DNA of 59,185 bases, filler included. It is 8 parts of 8 records of this genome, joined end to end, with 100 filler letters (N's around TTAATTAATTAA, not from the genome) between each part and the next. Parts side by side here need not be neighbours in the genome. Positions count along the whole stretch, not along the records: positions 33,182 to 42,439 come from SRR31156797_9716; positions 42,540 to 52,647 come from SRR31156797_9733; 6 more parts are not named here. One strand, given 5' to 3'. Position numbers and translations under genes: made by a program. The number at the start of each line of letters is the position of its first letter. Positions within the stretch are counted from its first letter, which is position 1. Positions 38,740 to 48,992 of this stretch are shown piece by piece. Below the pieces are notes generated by a model. It did no database searches and was not told the DNA's origin. It saw nothing but the letters and a program-made list of their open reading frames with translations.

Positions 38740-39463
38740 GATAGTTTTTATTTGTATTTTGTTTATAAGCTCTTTATTTGCAAATCCTTATAAAGTATTA
38801 AGTGAAGAGACCCAGCTTTCTATTATGGTGAACTATTTTTTTAATAGACAAATAAAAGAGGAGTTTCCTCCAAGACCAGTTAAAGAGGTCTATGTAGAAG
38901 AGGAGAATAATCTTAATCCTGGACAATATGAAAGATACTATAACTATATTCAAAGATTAAAAGCGATCGAGGAAACAAGAAGAGAGAGTATTCAAAAGAT
39001 AGAGGAAAAGTTTAGAGGGAAAGCTTCATATTATAATGGAAAACTTGATGCTTTAAAAGAGTATTATAAAGATAAGACCAATAGAAAAGCTTTTGTCCAA
39101 GAAGCTATCAATCAAGCATTTAAAGTAGTATATGGAAAACCGTATGTAAGTGCATTTAGAAATAAAAAAGATATGGTAGAAGCAAAACTGCGAGCAACTC
39201 CTATTTATGATCTTGAAAATAGTTTGGATCTTGATCTTGTATATGATATAGAGATCTTAAAGATACATGACTACAAAAGATACCCAGCATTTGTTTATTT
39301 TAATTATGAAAATGAGTATCTAGAAATAGACTCAATTAAAATAGTGATTGATGGAGAAGCTTATTATGGAAAGCTAAAAAATCAAAATAATGGAAAAATC
39401 AAACTAAAAGTAAAGATAAATGATGATATATTTCAAAAAATAAAATTAGAGGATCATAAATGA
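38732..39463 (+). CDS. Hypothetical exported protein
   Basis: Signal peptide; overlaps both neighbouring genes. Confidence 0.75.
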   Translation: MNKIVFICILFISSLFANPYKVLSEETQLSIMVNYFFNRQIKEEFPPRPVKEVYVEEENNLNPGQYERYYNYIQRLKAIEETRRESIQKIEEKFRGKASYYNGKLDALKEYYKDKTNRKAFVQEAINQAFKVVYGKPYVSAFRNKKDMVEAKLRATPIYDLENSLDLDLVYDIEILKIHDYKRYPAFVYFNYENEYLEIDSIKIVIDGEAYYGKLKNQNNGKIKLKVKINDDIFQKIKLEDHK

Positions 39464-40173
39464 AAAAACTATTAGTGTTTTTATTTGTAACTACAGTAAC
39501 TCTTTATGCAAATGAATATTATGCAAAAGTGCAGCCTATCCATACCTATGAAGTAAAAGCAAGTGTAAGTGGAAAAGTTGATTTTGTCAATAAAGATCTA
39601 GAATCAAAATATCTAGAAAAATCAGAACTGATTGTAAAAATCGATGATGTGGTAAATCAAATGGATTTAAAACAATCTGAAGTGAAACTAGAAGCTTTAT
39701 TGTCCGTGCAAAAACTTGAAGAGGAAAACTTAGAGAGATTTAAACAAGTTTCTTCAAAATCAAAATATGATAGAGACAATCAAAAAATCAAGATACTCAA
39801 CGCCGTATCAACAGTAAGTGATCTACAAACAAAAATAGCAACACTTAAAGATACTATTAAAAATAAAAATCTGTATGAAAAAGATCTGTATATCTATGAA
39901 GTAGTAGTAGAAAAGGGGGATTATGTAAATCCAGGAACCCATCTTTATACTGCTATGGATCTTAGTAGCGGAAAGCTAGAGATTTTTATCCCAATAGATC
40001 AAGCAGCTACAATTCAAACGAAAACGATCTATATAGATGGACAAGCAACAGATCTAAAGATCTCAAAACTCTATGATGTTGCAGATGAGCAACATATCTC
40101 TTCTTATAAATGTGAGATCATTATCCCTGATCCACACAACTTTTCAAGTTTGAAAAAAGTAGAATTTAAATAA
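39460..40173 (+). CDS. HlyD-like periplasmic adaptor / barrel-sandwich hybrid protein
   Basis: VKASVSGKV, coiled coil, VEKGDYVNPG. Confidence 0.75.
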   Translation: MKKLLVFLFVTTVTLYANEYYAKVQPIHTYEVKASVSGKVDFVNKDLESKYLEKSELIVKIDDVVNQMDLKQSEVKLEALLSVQKLEEENLERFKQVSSKSKYDRDNQKIKILNAVSTVSDLQTKIATLKDTIKNKNLYEKDLYIYEVVVEKGDYVNPGTHLYTAMDLSSGKLEIFIPIDQAATIQTKTIYIDGQATDLKISKLYDVADEQHISSYKCEIIIPDPHNFSSLKKVEFK

Positions 40174-40193
40174 TTCTACTTTAAAGTATATCA

Positions 40194-41369
40194 TTGAGCT
40201 TCAAAGACCTTCTTACTGACTATAAACTAGTGCGCTATATGTCTATGGTGCAAATCATCGCATATTTTGGTTCATGGTTTTCAAATGTAGCTATCTATAC
40301 TCTAATGGTAAAGTTAGGAGCAAGTCCACTTCTTATAGCAACAGTTACAGCGATGCATTTGATCCCTGGGATTGTCCTAGCTCCATTTAGTGGAACGATT
40401 GTAGATAGAATGTCAGCAAAGCCATTACTTGTCTCTTTATTGATTGTAGAGATGAGTATGACTTTGAGCTTTTTATTGATCAATGATCTTGGAGATGTAT
40501 GGCTATTGCTGTTATTTTTATTTTTACGAATGGGAAGTGCTTCGGTGTTTTTTACTGCACAAATGACTTACTTCCCAAAACTCTTAAGTGGAAGAGCCTT
40601 GGTAAAAACCAATGAACTCCACTCTATCATCTGGTCATTTACTTTCACTGCTGGTATGGCAATTGGTGGAATAGTAGTAAGCATTTATGGAGTAAAAACT
40701 GCTTTTATTATTGATGCAATTTTATTTATTATCGCTATTTCTATTCTGACCCAAATAGAGTTTGAGATAAAAACACAAAAATCAATTGAACGGGTATGGC
40801 ACTCTATAAAAAAAGGGTTTTTATATATTAAAGAAAATAAATATATTATTCATTATATGATACTTCATGCAAGTGTAGGGCTTACTATGTTTGATACGAT
40901 AGTTACTTTACTTGCTGATTATTACTATAAGTATGTGATAGCGATTCCTTTAGCTATTGGTCTTACCAATGCTATGAGAGCTTTGGCTTTGATGATTAGC
41001 CCACTTATTATTAGTAACTGGATTACCAAAGAGAGACTTTTGTATCTTTTTATTTTTCAAGGAGTAAGTATTATTATTTGGGCAATGGTGCAAAAAGATT
41101 TTTATATAGGATTGGCAGCGATCTTTTTTGTTGGGTTTGCAACCACAACAATTTGGTCTTATACCTATGCAATGCTTCAAGAGAAAATCGATCCAAACTA
41201 TCTAGGGCGAGTATTAGCCTATAATGAGATGGTATTTATGCTCTCAAATGTTGCGACAACTTTTTTTATAGGGTTTATGGTGTCCTTTATACCATTATCT
41301 TTTGTCAGTGGATTATTGGGAGTAGGGTTTTTATTTATTGCATATTATTATAAAAGGGTATTTTTATGA
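40194..41369 (+). CDS. MFS transporter (H+ antiporter/MefA-like)
   Basis: ~12 TM; GTIVDRM motif A; YLGRV. Confidence 0.9.
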   Translation: MSFKDLLTDYKLVRYMSMVQIIAYFGSWFSNVAIYTLMVKLGASPLLIATVTAMHLIPGIVLAPFSGTIVDRMSAKPLLVSLLIVEMSMTLSFLLINDLGDVWLLLLFLFLRMGSASVFFTAQMTYFPKLLSGRALVKTNELHSIIWSFTFTAGMAIGGIVVSIYGVKTAFIIDAILFIIAISILTQIEFEIKTQKSIERVWHSIKKGFLYIKENKYIIHYMILHASVGLTMFDTIVTLLADYYYKYVIAIPLAIGLTNAMRALALMISPLIISNWITKERLLYLFIFQGVSIIIWAMVQKDFYIGLAAIFFVGFATTTIWSYTYAMLQEKIDPNYLGRVLAYNEMVFMLSNVATTFFIGFMVSFIPLSFVSGLLGVGFLFIAYYYKRVFL

Positions 41370-41614
41370 ACTTAGAAAATGAATTTAATGAAAATATGGA
41401 GATGAGAGTATTACTTTTGGCTCTATATAAAAGACAAGAAGGTGAGTCTTTTAAAGATGTAGTGTTAACCTTAGAAGCAAGTGGACTTTTTAGTTTAAAA
41501 GAGGGAAAAAAACTTCTTAAACAATTAAAAGAGTTAAGTTATATCAGCGATGAAGGGTTTTCAGTGATAGGACTTCAAAAAGCGAAAGAAGTGGAGATGG
41601 AGTTTAAAATATAG
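41366..41614 (+). CDS. Small hypothetical protein, possibly winged-helix
   Basis: Start overlaps the MFS stop; 82 aa. Confidence 0.65.
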   Translation: MNLENEFNENMEMRVLLLALYKRQEGESFKDVVLTLEASGLFSLKEGKKLLKQLKELSYISDEGFSVIGLQKAKEVEMEFKI

Positions 41615-42343
41615 TTATTGGTATTTTTCAACTATATTTCTAAATGTCCCATCCTCTTGCATATCAAGTAATATTTTTTGCCATCTTTTTACGATACTAG
41701 GATCGGCATTTTTATGAAATCCAATATTTAAAGTTGAAGCAGATATAGGCTTATTGGTCATAGTTGCTTTGATTTTATTTTGTAGACCAAGTAGCTTGAT
41801 CTTATAGAGTCCACTTTTTTCATCTGCTGCCCATAAAACATTTTTATTTGTTTGAGCCAATGCTCTAATATTTGCATCACTTGAAGCATTTTCTACAACG
41901 ATAAGATTTCTAAAGTCCAGCCGTAATAATACTTGATGAGAAAGATCATTTTTATTCACTAAAATACCTGTTACTTGTTTTGCATCTTCTAGGTTTTTTA
42001 TATCTATTTTATTAGATCTGTTTTTGAAAAATACATACTTTAGATTTGAAATAGGACCAACCCATTGGAAATTGTTTTCTCGTGAGAGGGTTCTTCCTAT
42101 AGAAAAGATAATATAGTTATCTCTAGTTAAAGCTTTTGCATAAGCATCATCCCATCTTAAAACCTCAATAGGATAATTTACCTGAGCTCTTCTTTGAATC
42201 TCATTTACTATATCTACACTGATCCCACTAAGTTTCCCATCTTTATACATTTGATACGGTGGAAAATGTTCAGTAACTATTTTATAGTCCATTGCAAAAA
42301 GTTTAAAAGAGAAAAGAAAAAGAAGTGTGCTGAGAAGTTTCAT
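41615..42343 (-). CDS. Periplasmic substrate-binding protein (family 3)
   Basis: TEHFPPY, GISVDIV, RENNFQWVGP, DGTF..I..KY. Confidence 0.88.
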   Translation of the reverse strand: MKLLSTLLFLFSFKLFAMDYKIVTEHFPPYQMYKDGKLSGISVDIVNEIQRRAQVNYPIEVLRWDDAYAKALTRDNYIIFSIGRTLSRENNFQWVGPISNLKYVFFKNRSNKIDIKNLEDAKQVTGILVNKNDLSHQVLLRLDFRNLIVVENASSDANIRALAQTNKNVLWAADEKSGLYKIKLLGLQNKIKATMTNKPISASTLNIGFHKNADPSIVKRWQKILLDMQEDGTFRNIVEKYQ

Positions 42344-42439
42344 ATAAATTACCTTGAAAGTTATTTTAAGAATATTCTAACGTAACACTACTTAATAGCA
42401 ATCATAAAATATAGCTCAATCCACTAAAAACTAAATTTT

Positions 42440-42539
42440 NNNNNNNNNNNNNNNNNNNNNNNNNNNNNNNNNNNNNNNNNNNNTTAATTAATTAANNNNN
42501 NNNNNNNNNNNNNNNNNNNNNNNNNNNNNNNNNNNNNNN
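42440..42539. other. Artificial contig-joining spacer
   Basis: N44-TTAATTAATTAA-N44. Confidence 0.98.
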
Positions 42540-43139
42540 TCCGATAAAATCCTGGCCAATATGGGCAGGCACCAGGCACCGGTGATCCTGCTGGATAAAG
42601 GGCTTGAAAAGGACGAAAGCATCTATCTGCTTTCAGGGCTGATTCCCAACCGCAAAGGGCACCCCCTGATTCACCATTGGTTCGGCGTGTCCATGGTATG
42701 GGAAGTCAATGCACTGGGCGGAGAAACGTTTATTCCCAAAAACATCCTGGACCTGGACGCTTTGCTGGGGCAGACAGGATTTGGAAAAACCGAAATCCCC
42801 AACTCCTCATCCAGCATGGACACAGCGCTGCTTCAGAAGAATTTGGGCACGGTGATCCGCAAAGCCAAAGAAATCATGACAGCGCAACGCAACGCCTTTG
42901 AGCAGGACATGGCTCCGGCCCTGGCCCGGCAGTTAGAGCGGCTGCGGGAACTGGAGCAACGGCATACCCGGCATATTCAACAGGACCTTTTTACCGGATC
43001 AGTGGAAAAACGGGATCGCAAACTCCGGCAGGTGGCATCAACCTTCAAGGAATACAGTCAGTGGATATCAGACACCTTGAAAACCGAAGACGCTCCCTAT
43101 ATTAAAGTTGTGGCCGTTTTTACCCGCACCGCGGAATAA
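42540..43139 (+). CDS. C-terminal part of a probable SNF2-type (DrmD-like) helicase (partial)
   Basis: GRHQAPV, GLIPNRKG.P, coiled coil and terminal PYIKVVAVF resemble the C-termini of helicases that precede such methyltransferases; the catalytic part lies outside the contig. Confidence 0.6.
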   Translation, partial: SDKILANMGRHQAPVILLDKGLEKDESIYLLSGLIPNRKGHPLIHHWFGVSMVWEVNALGGETFIPKNILDLDALLGQTGFGKTEIPNSSSSMDTALLQKNLGTVIRKAKEIMTAQRNAFEQDMAPALARQLERLRELEQRHTRHIQQDLFTGSVEKRDRKLRQVASTFKEYSQWISDTLKTEDAPYIKVVAVFTRTAE

Positions 43140-43156
43140 GGCAGGAAGGAATACAC

Positions 43157-46100
43157 ATGGACCTCACCGGCATTACCAATGAGAATGAATACTACAGCCA
43201 CCATTATATAACGGCCATCCTGGAAGGCGATCTCAAGGATTTGTTTAAAAACTGGACAGCCCTTGAAAAAGAGAGCGAAACGAAATCGCCCCCCACCTTG
43301 CTGAAACAGGCCGCCGCCAACTATTTTACCCTGCGCAAAAAAAAAGGAGAATCTCCGGAAGAAACCCGCCATAAAATCCAGGCCCTTGTCCTGTCAGCCT
43401 TAGGCTATACGCCGGACAAAAAAGAACGGCTCCTGGAGGCCGGCGGCACGCTTTCCCTGCTCTGCGAAATTGAAAAGAAAAGCGGGGCGCCCATGCTCTG
43501 GATCATGGAAGCCGTCGATCCCCTGGCAGAGGCCACGGACCCATTAACGCTATCCCCTCACCAGGGGCTCCTGTCAGATGAGGCCCTTGAAATATACCGG
43601 GAAGAGACACTGGAAACCCTCCTGACAAAAGAAGTCTTTGCCCGCCCGGAACCCCCGCGGTTTGTCCTTTTACTTTCCCTGGACCAGCTGGTGCTCATCG
43701 ACAGAACAAAGTGGAACAGCAAACGCTTTTTTCGCTTTGACCTGAATGAAATTTTCAGCCGCAGGGAAACCACCACGCTGAAAGCCATGGCCGCGCTTCT
43801 CCACCGAGACTCCCTGGTTCCGGAAAACGGGCTGGCCCTTTTGGACACCCTGGATGAAAATGCCCACAAACATGCTTTCGGGGTGTCCGAGGATTTGAAG
43901 TATGCCCTGCGCAATTCCATCGAACTGTTGGGCAATGAGGCGGTGTTCTTTAAGCGGGAAAAGCTCAAAGAGGGCGTATTCAAGGACCAGTTGGACGAGG
44001 CTCAACTTTCCCTGGAATGCCTGCGGTATATGTACCGCCTCCTGTTTCTTTTCTATATTGAGGCCCGCCCGGAACTTGGCTTTGTTCCGGTGAAAAGCCA
44101 TGCCTATCAAAGCGGCTACAGCCTGGAATCCCTGAGGGAACTGGAAATGGCACAGCTCACCTCGGATGAGTCCCGGAACGGACATTATTTCCATGAGACT
44201 CTGACCATGCTTTTTTCCATGATCTGGGAAGGTTTTTCACCGGAAGGTCCCAACGGCCCCCCGGCATCCAGGATTCACACCTTTGAAATTGCCCCGTTAA
44301 AGGCCCATCTTTTTGACCCGGACCGGCTGCCCTTGCTTTCAAAAATCAAATTTCGAAATCACGTTCTCCAGGAAGTCATCCAAAACATGTCCCTCTCCCG
44401 AAAAAAGAATGGCCGGAAAAAACAGCGCAGGGGACGGATATCATACGCCCAGTTGGGCATCCACCAGCTGGGTGCCGTATACGAAGCCCTGCTCTGCTAC
44501 CGGGGATTTTTTGCCCGGGAAGACCTGTACGAGGTCAAACCGGCCAAGGACAATTCCGACGAACTGGGCACCGCCTATTTTGTTAAAAAGGAGGATCTGG
44601 ATAAATATAAGGAAACGGAAAAACGGTATGACGAGGAAACCGGAGAGCTGATCTGCCATCCCAGGGGTAAATTCATCTACCGCATGGCCGGCAGGGACCG
44701 GGAGAAATCAGCCTCCTATTATACCCCCCAGGTCCTGACCCAATGTCTGGTGAAATACGCATTAAAGGAATTGCTCCAGGACAAATCCGCCAGCCGGATT
44801 CTGGATCTTAAAATCTGCGAGCCTGCCATGGGATCGGCCGCCTTTCTTAACGAAGCGGTGAACCAGCTGTCCGAAGCCTACATGGATAAGATGCAGGCCG
44901 AAAAAAAAGAACGGCTGTCCGCAGAAGCGTATACGGCACAACTGCGCAGGGTCAAACTCTTTATCGCCGACAACAACTGCTTTGGCATTGACATGAACCC
45001 CACTGCCGTGGAATTGGCCGAGGTCAGCCTCTGGCTCAACGTCATCGGCGGCGATGAGACAGTGCCCTGGTTCGGCAACCAGCTCATCTGCGGCAATTCC
45101 CTGATTGGCGCCCGGCGCCAGGTATTCTCCACAGACCTTATTGGAAAGGTAAAAAGGGGGGAGCCCACCTGGCACACAGAAGTTCCCTCCCGGGTGATGC
45201 CCGGAGAAAAAAGGCCCGAAGGCAGTGTGTATCACTTCCTGGTGCCGGATAAGGGCATGGCCGATTACACCCACAAGGACGTCAAAAAACTTGTACCGGA
45301 GCAGATTGCAGCCGTCAAAAAATGGAAAATCGATTTTACCAAGCCCTTTTCCATGGGCGAAATCCGGCAATTGGAAAAACTGTCAACGGCCGTGGACGAC
45401 CTGTTTGCCCAGCATGTAAAAAACTCACGGCAGCTGAGGCAAAAGACCCGGGACCCCATATCCGTATACGGCCTGCCCCCTGAAACCGGGACCGCCACCA
45501 GCGTCCAGGAAAAGGACAGGCTGTTTGATGCTCGGCAGTTGTCCACAGGGCTGCGCAAGTCCACTCCTTACCGGCGGTTGAAGCTGGCCATGGACTACTG
45601 GTGCGCCCTCTGGTTCTGGCCTTTGGAGCAGGCCGACCTGCTGCCCAGCCGCGACGAAGCCATCAACGATATGATCAATATCCTTTTGGGCGGGGTGTTT
45701 GAAACAGTGGCAGGCGAACAGATGCGCCTGGATCTTAAATTTTCCGATAAAAAAGAGGAAAAACAATCCCGGCAGCAGGAATTGCCCTTTGACCCGGATT
45801 TGGGCATCGTCAATGTGGATGATCTGACTGAAAAGTTCCCCCGGCTGAAAAACGTGGCCCAGATTGCCAAAAGCCAGCGCTTCCTCCACTGGGAGCTTGA
45901 ATTTGCCGATATCTTTGAGGACCACGGGGGCTTTGACCTGATTCTGGGGAATCCCCCCTGGCTCAAGGTGGAGTGGAACGAAGGGGGTATCCTGGGCGAT
46001 AATGAACCAGAGTTTGTGCTAAGAAAATTTTCAGCTTCCAATCTGGCTAAACTTCGGCAGGAGACCATCGAAAAACATGACCTGCTTTCTTCCTATCTCA

Positions 46101-47899
46101 AAGAATATGAAGAAGCTGAAAGCACCCAGGCGTTTCTTAACGCCGTCCAGAATTATCCCATGCTCAAAGGGATCCAGACCAACCTGTTTAAGTGCTTTTT
46201 GCCCCAGGCCTGGATGTGGGGCTCAGAGGTCTCTGCCTTTCTCCATCCAGAGGGGATTTATGATGACCCCAAAGGCGGGGGATTCCGGCAGGATATTTAT
46301 CCCCGGCTTCGGGCGCATTTTCAATTCCAAAATGAGAAGAAACTGTTCAAAGAAGTCCATAACGAAACCCTTTTCAGTGTCAATATTTATAGATCCAGTA
46401 CTGCGGCAGTTGATTTTTTTAATATCGCGAACTTATTCCTACCTAAAACCATTGATCAATGCTTCGATCATGATGGACTTGGTCCTGTTCCGGGTATAAA
46501 AACCAATGAGGGGAAATGGAACGAAGACGGTCATAAAAACAGGGTAATCCACGTCACAGAAAAGGATTTGGGCCTGTTTGCATCTCTTTATGATGCATCC
46601 GGGACACCTGCCAGTGCCGCTCGGCTGCCAGCCCTCCATGTCAGCGGCCTTCTGGGGGTTCTTGAAAAATTTGCATCCCAGCCCAGACGCCTAGGGGACC
46701 TCAAGGACGAGTACTATTCCACAGTAATGTTTGATGAAACCTACGCCCAAAGAGACGGTATCATCCGCAGGGAGACCCGGTTCCCGGACCGCCCCTCGGA
46801 ATGGGTCCTCTCCGGCCCTCATTTTTTTGTAGGTACCCCTTTTTTTAAAACTCCAAGGGCAATTTGTGACACCAATCGCGCTTACGACAATATTGACCTG
46901 ACCACCCTTCCTGACGACTACCTGCCCCGGTCCAACTACATCCCGGCCTGCTCTCCCGGGCAATATCTGGAACGGACTCCCAAAGTTCCGTGGGGAGAAA
47001 ACAAATCTGTGACTGAAGAATACAGGTTGATAGCAAGAAAAATGCTATCACAATCCGGAGAGAAGACATTAATCTGCACTATTATCCCTAAAGAAGTTGC
47101 ACACATAGACGGTGGTTTTTCTTTTTGCTTCAGAGAGCAAAAAAAGCTGCCTCAAATTGCAGGACTTTTGTATTCTTTACCATATGATTTTTGGCTCAAA
47201 AGTACAGGTAAAGCAAATTTTCGTGAAGAGCTACTTTCAAAATTCCCAATACCCGATAATAATATGATCCAGGTCCTCGTAAGAGCTTTACTATTATCGT
47301 CTCTAAGTAACCATTATAGTGAATTTTGGAAGAATTTATGGACTAAAAAATTTTGTTCAGAAAATTGGACTAAAATTGATCCACGCCTACCCAACGATTT
47401 CTTTTCTAACCTAACCCCAGAATGGCACCATGACTGCGCCCTGAGAACAGACTACGCCCGGCGCCAGGCCCTGGTGGAAATCGACGTCCTCGTAGCCATG
47501 GCCCTGGGACTCACCCTGGAGGAGCTGAAAACCATCTACCGGGTCCAGTTCCCGGTCATGCGCCAGTACGAAGCCGACACCTGGTATGACGCCAACGGCC
47601 GCATTGTATTCACCAACTCCAAGGGCCTGACCGGCGTAGGACTCCTCAGAAACGCCGTAAAAAGCGATCCCTGCTACGGTATCGACACCCCGGACCGAAC
47701 TGAATCCCATATCCCCCTGGGTTGGAACGACATAAAAGGCCTAAAAGAAGGCACTATCACCAAGACCTTTATGGATGATACGCTGCCCGGCGGTCCTGTG
47801 GAGCGAACCGTCACCTATGTGGCCCCCTTTGACCGGTGTGACAGGGAAAAAGACTATGAAACCGCCTGGGAAATATTTGCAGAGAAGAAGATGTCATGA
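43157..47899 (+). CDS. Large N6-adenine DNA methyltransferase (Eco57I/type IIG-like, DrmMI-related)
   Basis: LGAVYEALL, SASYYTP, motif I EPAMGSAAFL, FLHWELEF, motif IV GNPPW; 1580 aa. Confidence 0.9.
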   Translation: MDLTGITNENEYYSHHYITAILEGDLKDLFKNWTALEKESETKSPPTLLKQAAANYFTLRKKKGESPEETRHKIQALVLSALGYTPDKKERLLEAGGTLSLLCEIEKKSGAPMLWIMEAVDPLAEATDPLTLSPHQGLLSDEALEIYREETLETLLTKEVFARPEPPRFVLLLSLDQLVLIDRTKWNSKRFFRFDLNEIFSRRETTTLKAMAALLHRDSLVPENGLALLDTLDENAHKHAFGVSEDLKYALRNSIELLGNEAVFFKREKLKEGVFKDQLDEAQLSLECLRYMYRLLFLFYIEARPELGFVPVKSHAYQSGYSLESLRELEMAQLTSDESRNGHYFHETLTMLFSMIWEGFSPEGPNGPPASRIHTFEIAPLKAHLFDPDRLPLLSKIKFRNHVLQEVIQNMSLSRKKNGRKKQRRGRISYAQLGIHQLGAVYEALLCYRGFFAREDLYEVKPAKDNSDELGTAYFVKKEDLDKYKETEKRYDEETGELICHPRGKFIYRMAGRDREKSASYYTPQVLTQCLVKYALKELLQDKSASRILDLKICEPAMGSAAFLNEAVNQLSEAYMDKMQAEKKERLSAEAYTAQLRRVKLFIADNNCFGIDMNPTAVELAEVSLWLNVIGGDETVPWFGNQLICGNSLIGARRQVFSTDLIGKVKRGEPTWHTEVPSRVMPGEKRPEGSVYHFLVPDKGMADYTHKDVKKLVPEQIAAVKKWKIDFTKPFSMGEIRQLEKLSTAVDDLFAQHVKNSRQLRQKTRDPISVYGLPPETGTATSVQEKDRLFDARQLSTGLRKSTPYRRLKLAMDYWCALWFWPLEQADLLPSRDEAINDMINILLGGVFETVAGEQMRLDLKFSDKKEEKQSRQQELPFDPDLGIVNVDDLTEKFPRLKNVAQIAKSQRFLHWELEFADIFEDHGGFDLILGNPPWLKVEWNEGGILGDNEPEFVLRKFSASNLAKLRQETIEKHDLLSSYLKEYEEAESTQAFLNAVQNYPMLKGIQTNLFKCFLPQAWMWGSEVSAFLHPEGIYDDPKGGGFRQDIYPRLRAHFQFQNEKKLFKEVHNETLFSVNIYRSSTAAVDFFNIANLFLPKTIDQCFDHDGLGPVPGIKTNEGKWNEDGHKNRVIHVTEKDLGLFASLYDASGTPASAARLPALHVSGLLGVLEKFASQPRRLGDLKDEYYSTVMFDETYAQRDGIIRRETRFPDRPSEWVLSGPHFFVGTPFFKTPRAICDTNRAYDNIDLTTLPDDYLPRSNYIPACSPGQYLERTPKVPWGENKSVTEEYRLIARKMLSQSGEKTLICTIIPKEVAHIDGGFSFCFREQKKLPQIAGLLYSLPYDFWLKSTGKANFREELLSKFPIPDNNMIQVLVRALLLSSLSNHYSEFWKNLWTKKFCSENWTKIDPRLPNDFFSNLTPEWHHDCALRTDYARRQALVEIDVLVAMALGLTLEELKTIYRVQFPVMRQYEADTWYDANGRIVFTNSKGLTGVGLLRNAVKSDPCYGIDTPDRTESHIPLGWNDIKGLKEGTITKTFMDDTLPGGPVERTVTYVAPFDRCDREKDYETAWEIFAEKKMS

Positions 47900-48007
47900 A
47901 AGAACAGAATGCGTCATCAAACAGTCAAATTGTTATTGATTTTGCTTTCCTTCATAGTTTGCTATAATAATAGAATAAAACGATTCAATCTATATAGGAC
48001 AGTGCTG

Positions 48008-48259
48008 ATGAATGTATTATCTATTCCGTATTCCGATGAGCTTTTGCTGTCGATTAAAAAAAGCAGGAAAGAATTCGAAGCTGAAGCCCGGCTGCTGCTG
48101 GCTGTAAAACTCTATGAGACAGGACAGGTAACCACCGGTACTGCTGCTGAATTGGCCGGCATAAGCCGAACGGCATTTATTATGAAGCTGGCCCGATTCA
48201 ATTTTTCTCCTTTTGGGCAGCCCCCGTCTGAGTTGGAAGAAGATTTTAACAATGCTTGA
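48008..48259 (+). CDS. UPF0175 family antitoxin-like protein
   Basis: LAVKLYETGQVTTGTAAELAGISR..F; start set at ATG 48008, downstream of TGnTATAAT (47960-68). Confidence 0.85.
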   Translation: MNVLSIPYSDELLLSIKKSRKEFEAEARLLLAVKLYETGQVTTGTAAELAGISRTAFIMKLARFNFSPFGQPPSELEEDFNNA

Positions 48260-48312
48260 TACCGATCGAATTCCCTATGATTGAAATAAAATGAAAACAA
48301 AGGAAGAACCCC

Positions 48313-48537
48313 ATGAAAGCCATAGAGTTTGAAGCCACGATTGATAAAAAAGGGTGTATTTATTTGCCCAATGAGTTCCGATACGTTTATGGAAAATCAG
48401 CGCGTTTACTTGTTTTATTACCGGAGAAATCGGAATCTATCCCCAAGAAAAGAAAACCGGGTAGTGCAAAAGGGATTCTCCAGGTCTTGTCGGAAGATGA
48501 CGAGCACTTGAATGATTTCAAGGACTACATGCCATGA
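48313..48537 (+). CDS. VapB-type antitoxin
   Basis: AbrB-like N-terminus; C-terminal RKPGSAKG...DFKDYM; ATGA overlap with the PIN gene. Confidence 0.75.
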   Translation: MKAIEFEATIDKKGCIYLPNEFRYVYGKSARLLVLLPEKSESIPKKRKPGSAKGILQVLSEDDEHLNDFKDYMP

Positions 48538-48920
48538 GTTTTTTACTGGATACCCAGGCGCTGCTTTGGTTTCTTCTGGATGATCCCCGGTTGAGTGAAA
48601 AAGCTCGAATGAGCATCATTGATGCCGAATATTTGGTTTATGTGAGTCCGGCAAGTATTTGGGAGATTGCCATCAAAATCAGTATTAATAAATATGCGCT
48701 TCCGGAACCTTTCGCACCATTTTGGGATCGACAGTTACGGGACAACGATTTTACGCTGTTGCCCATCACAGTGTCGCAAACAGAACGTATCATTAGCTTG
48801 CCGTTTCATCATCGGGATCCCTTTGATCGTTTGATTATTGCACAATCTTTGGTGGAGGCAATCCCGGTAGTGAGTAGCGACACCATATTTGATTCTTATG
48901 GTGTGGATCGCATTTGGTAA
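48534..48920 (+). CDS. vapC: VapC PIN-domain toxin
   Basis: LLDT..LLW, SIWEIAIK, HRDPFDRLIIAQ, SSD. Confidence 0.92.
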   Translation: MSFLLDTQALLWFLLDDPRLSEKARMSIIDAEYLVYVSPASIWEIAIKISINKYALPEPFAPFWDRQLRDNDFTLLPITVSQTERIISLPFHHRDPFDRLIIAQSLVEAIPVVSSDTIFDSYGVDRIW

Positions 48921-48992
48921 GATATCACCTACGCAGTGGACGAAATTAGGACCAAGCCCCGAAATCCCAAGCCCTGAACACAGGACACCATC

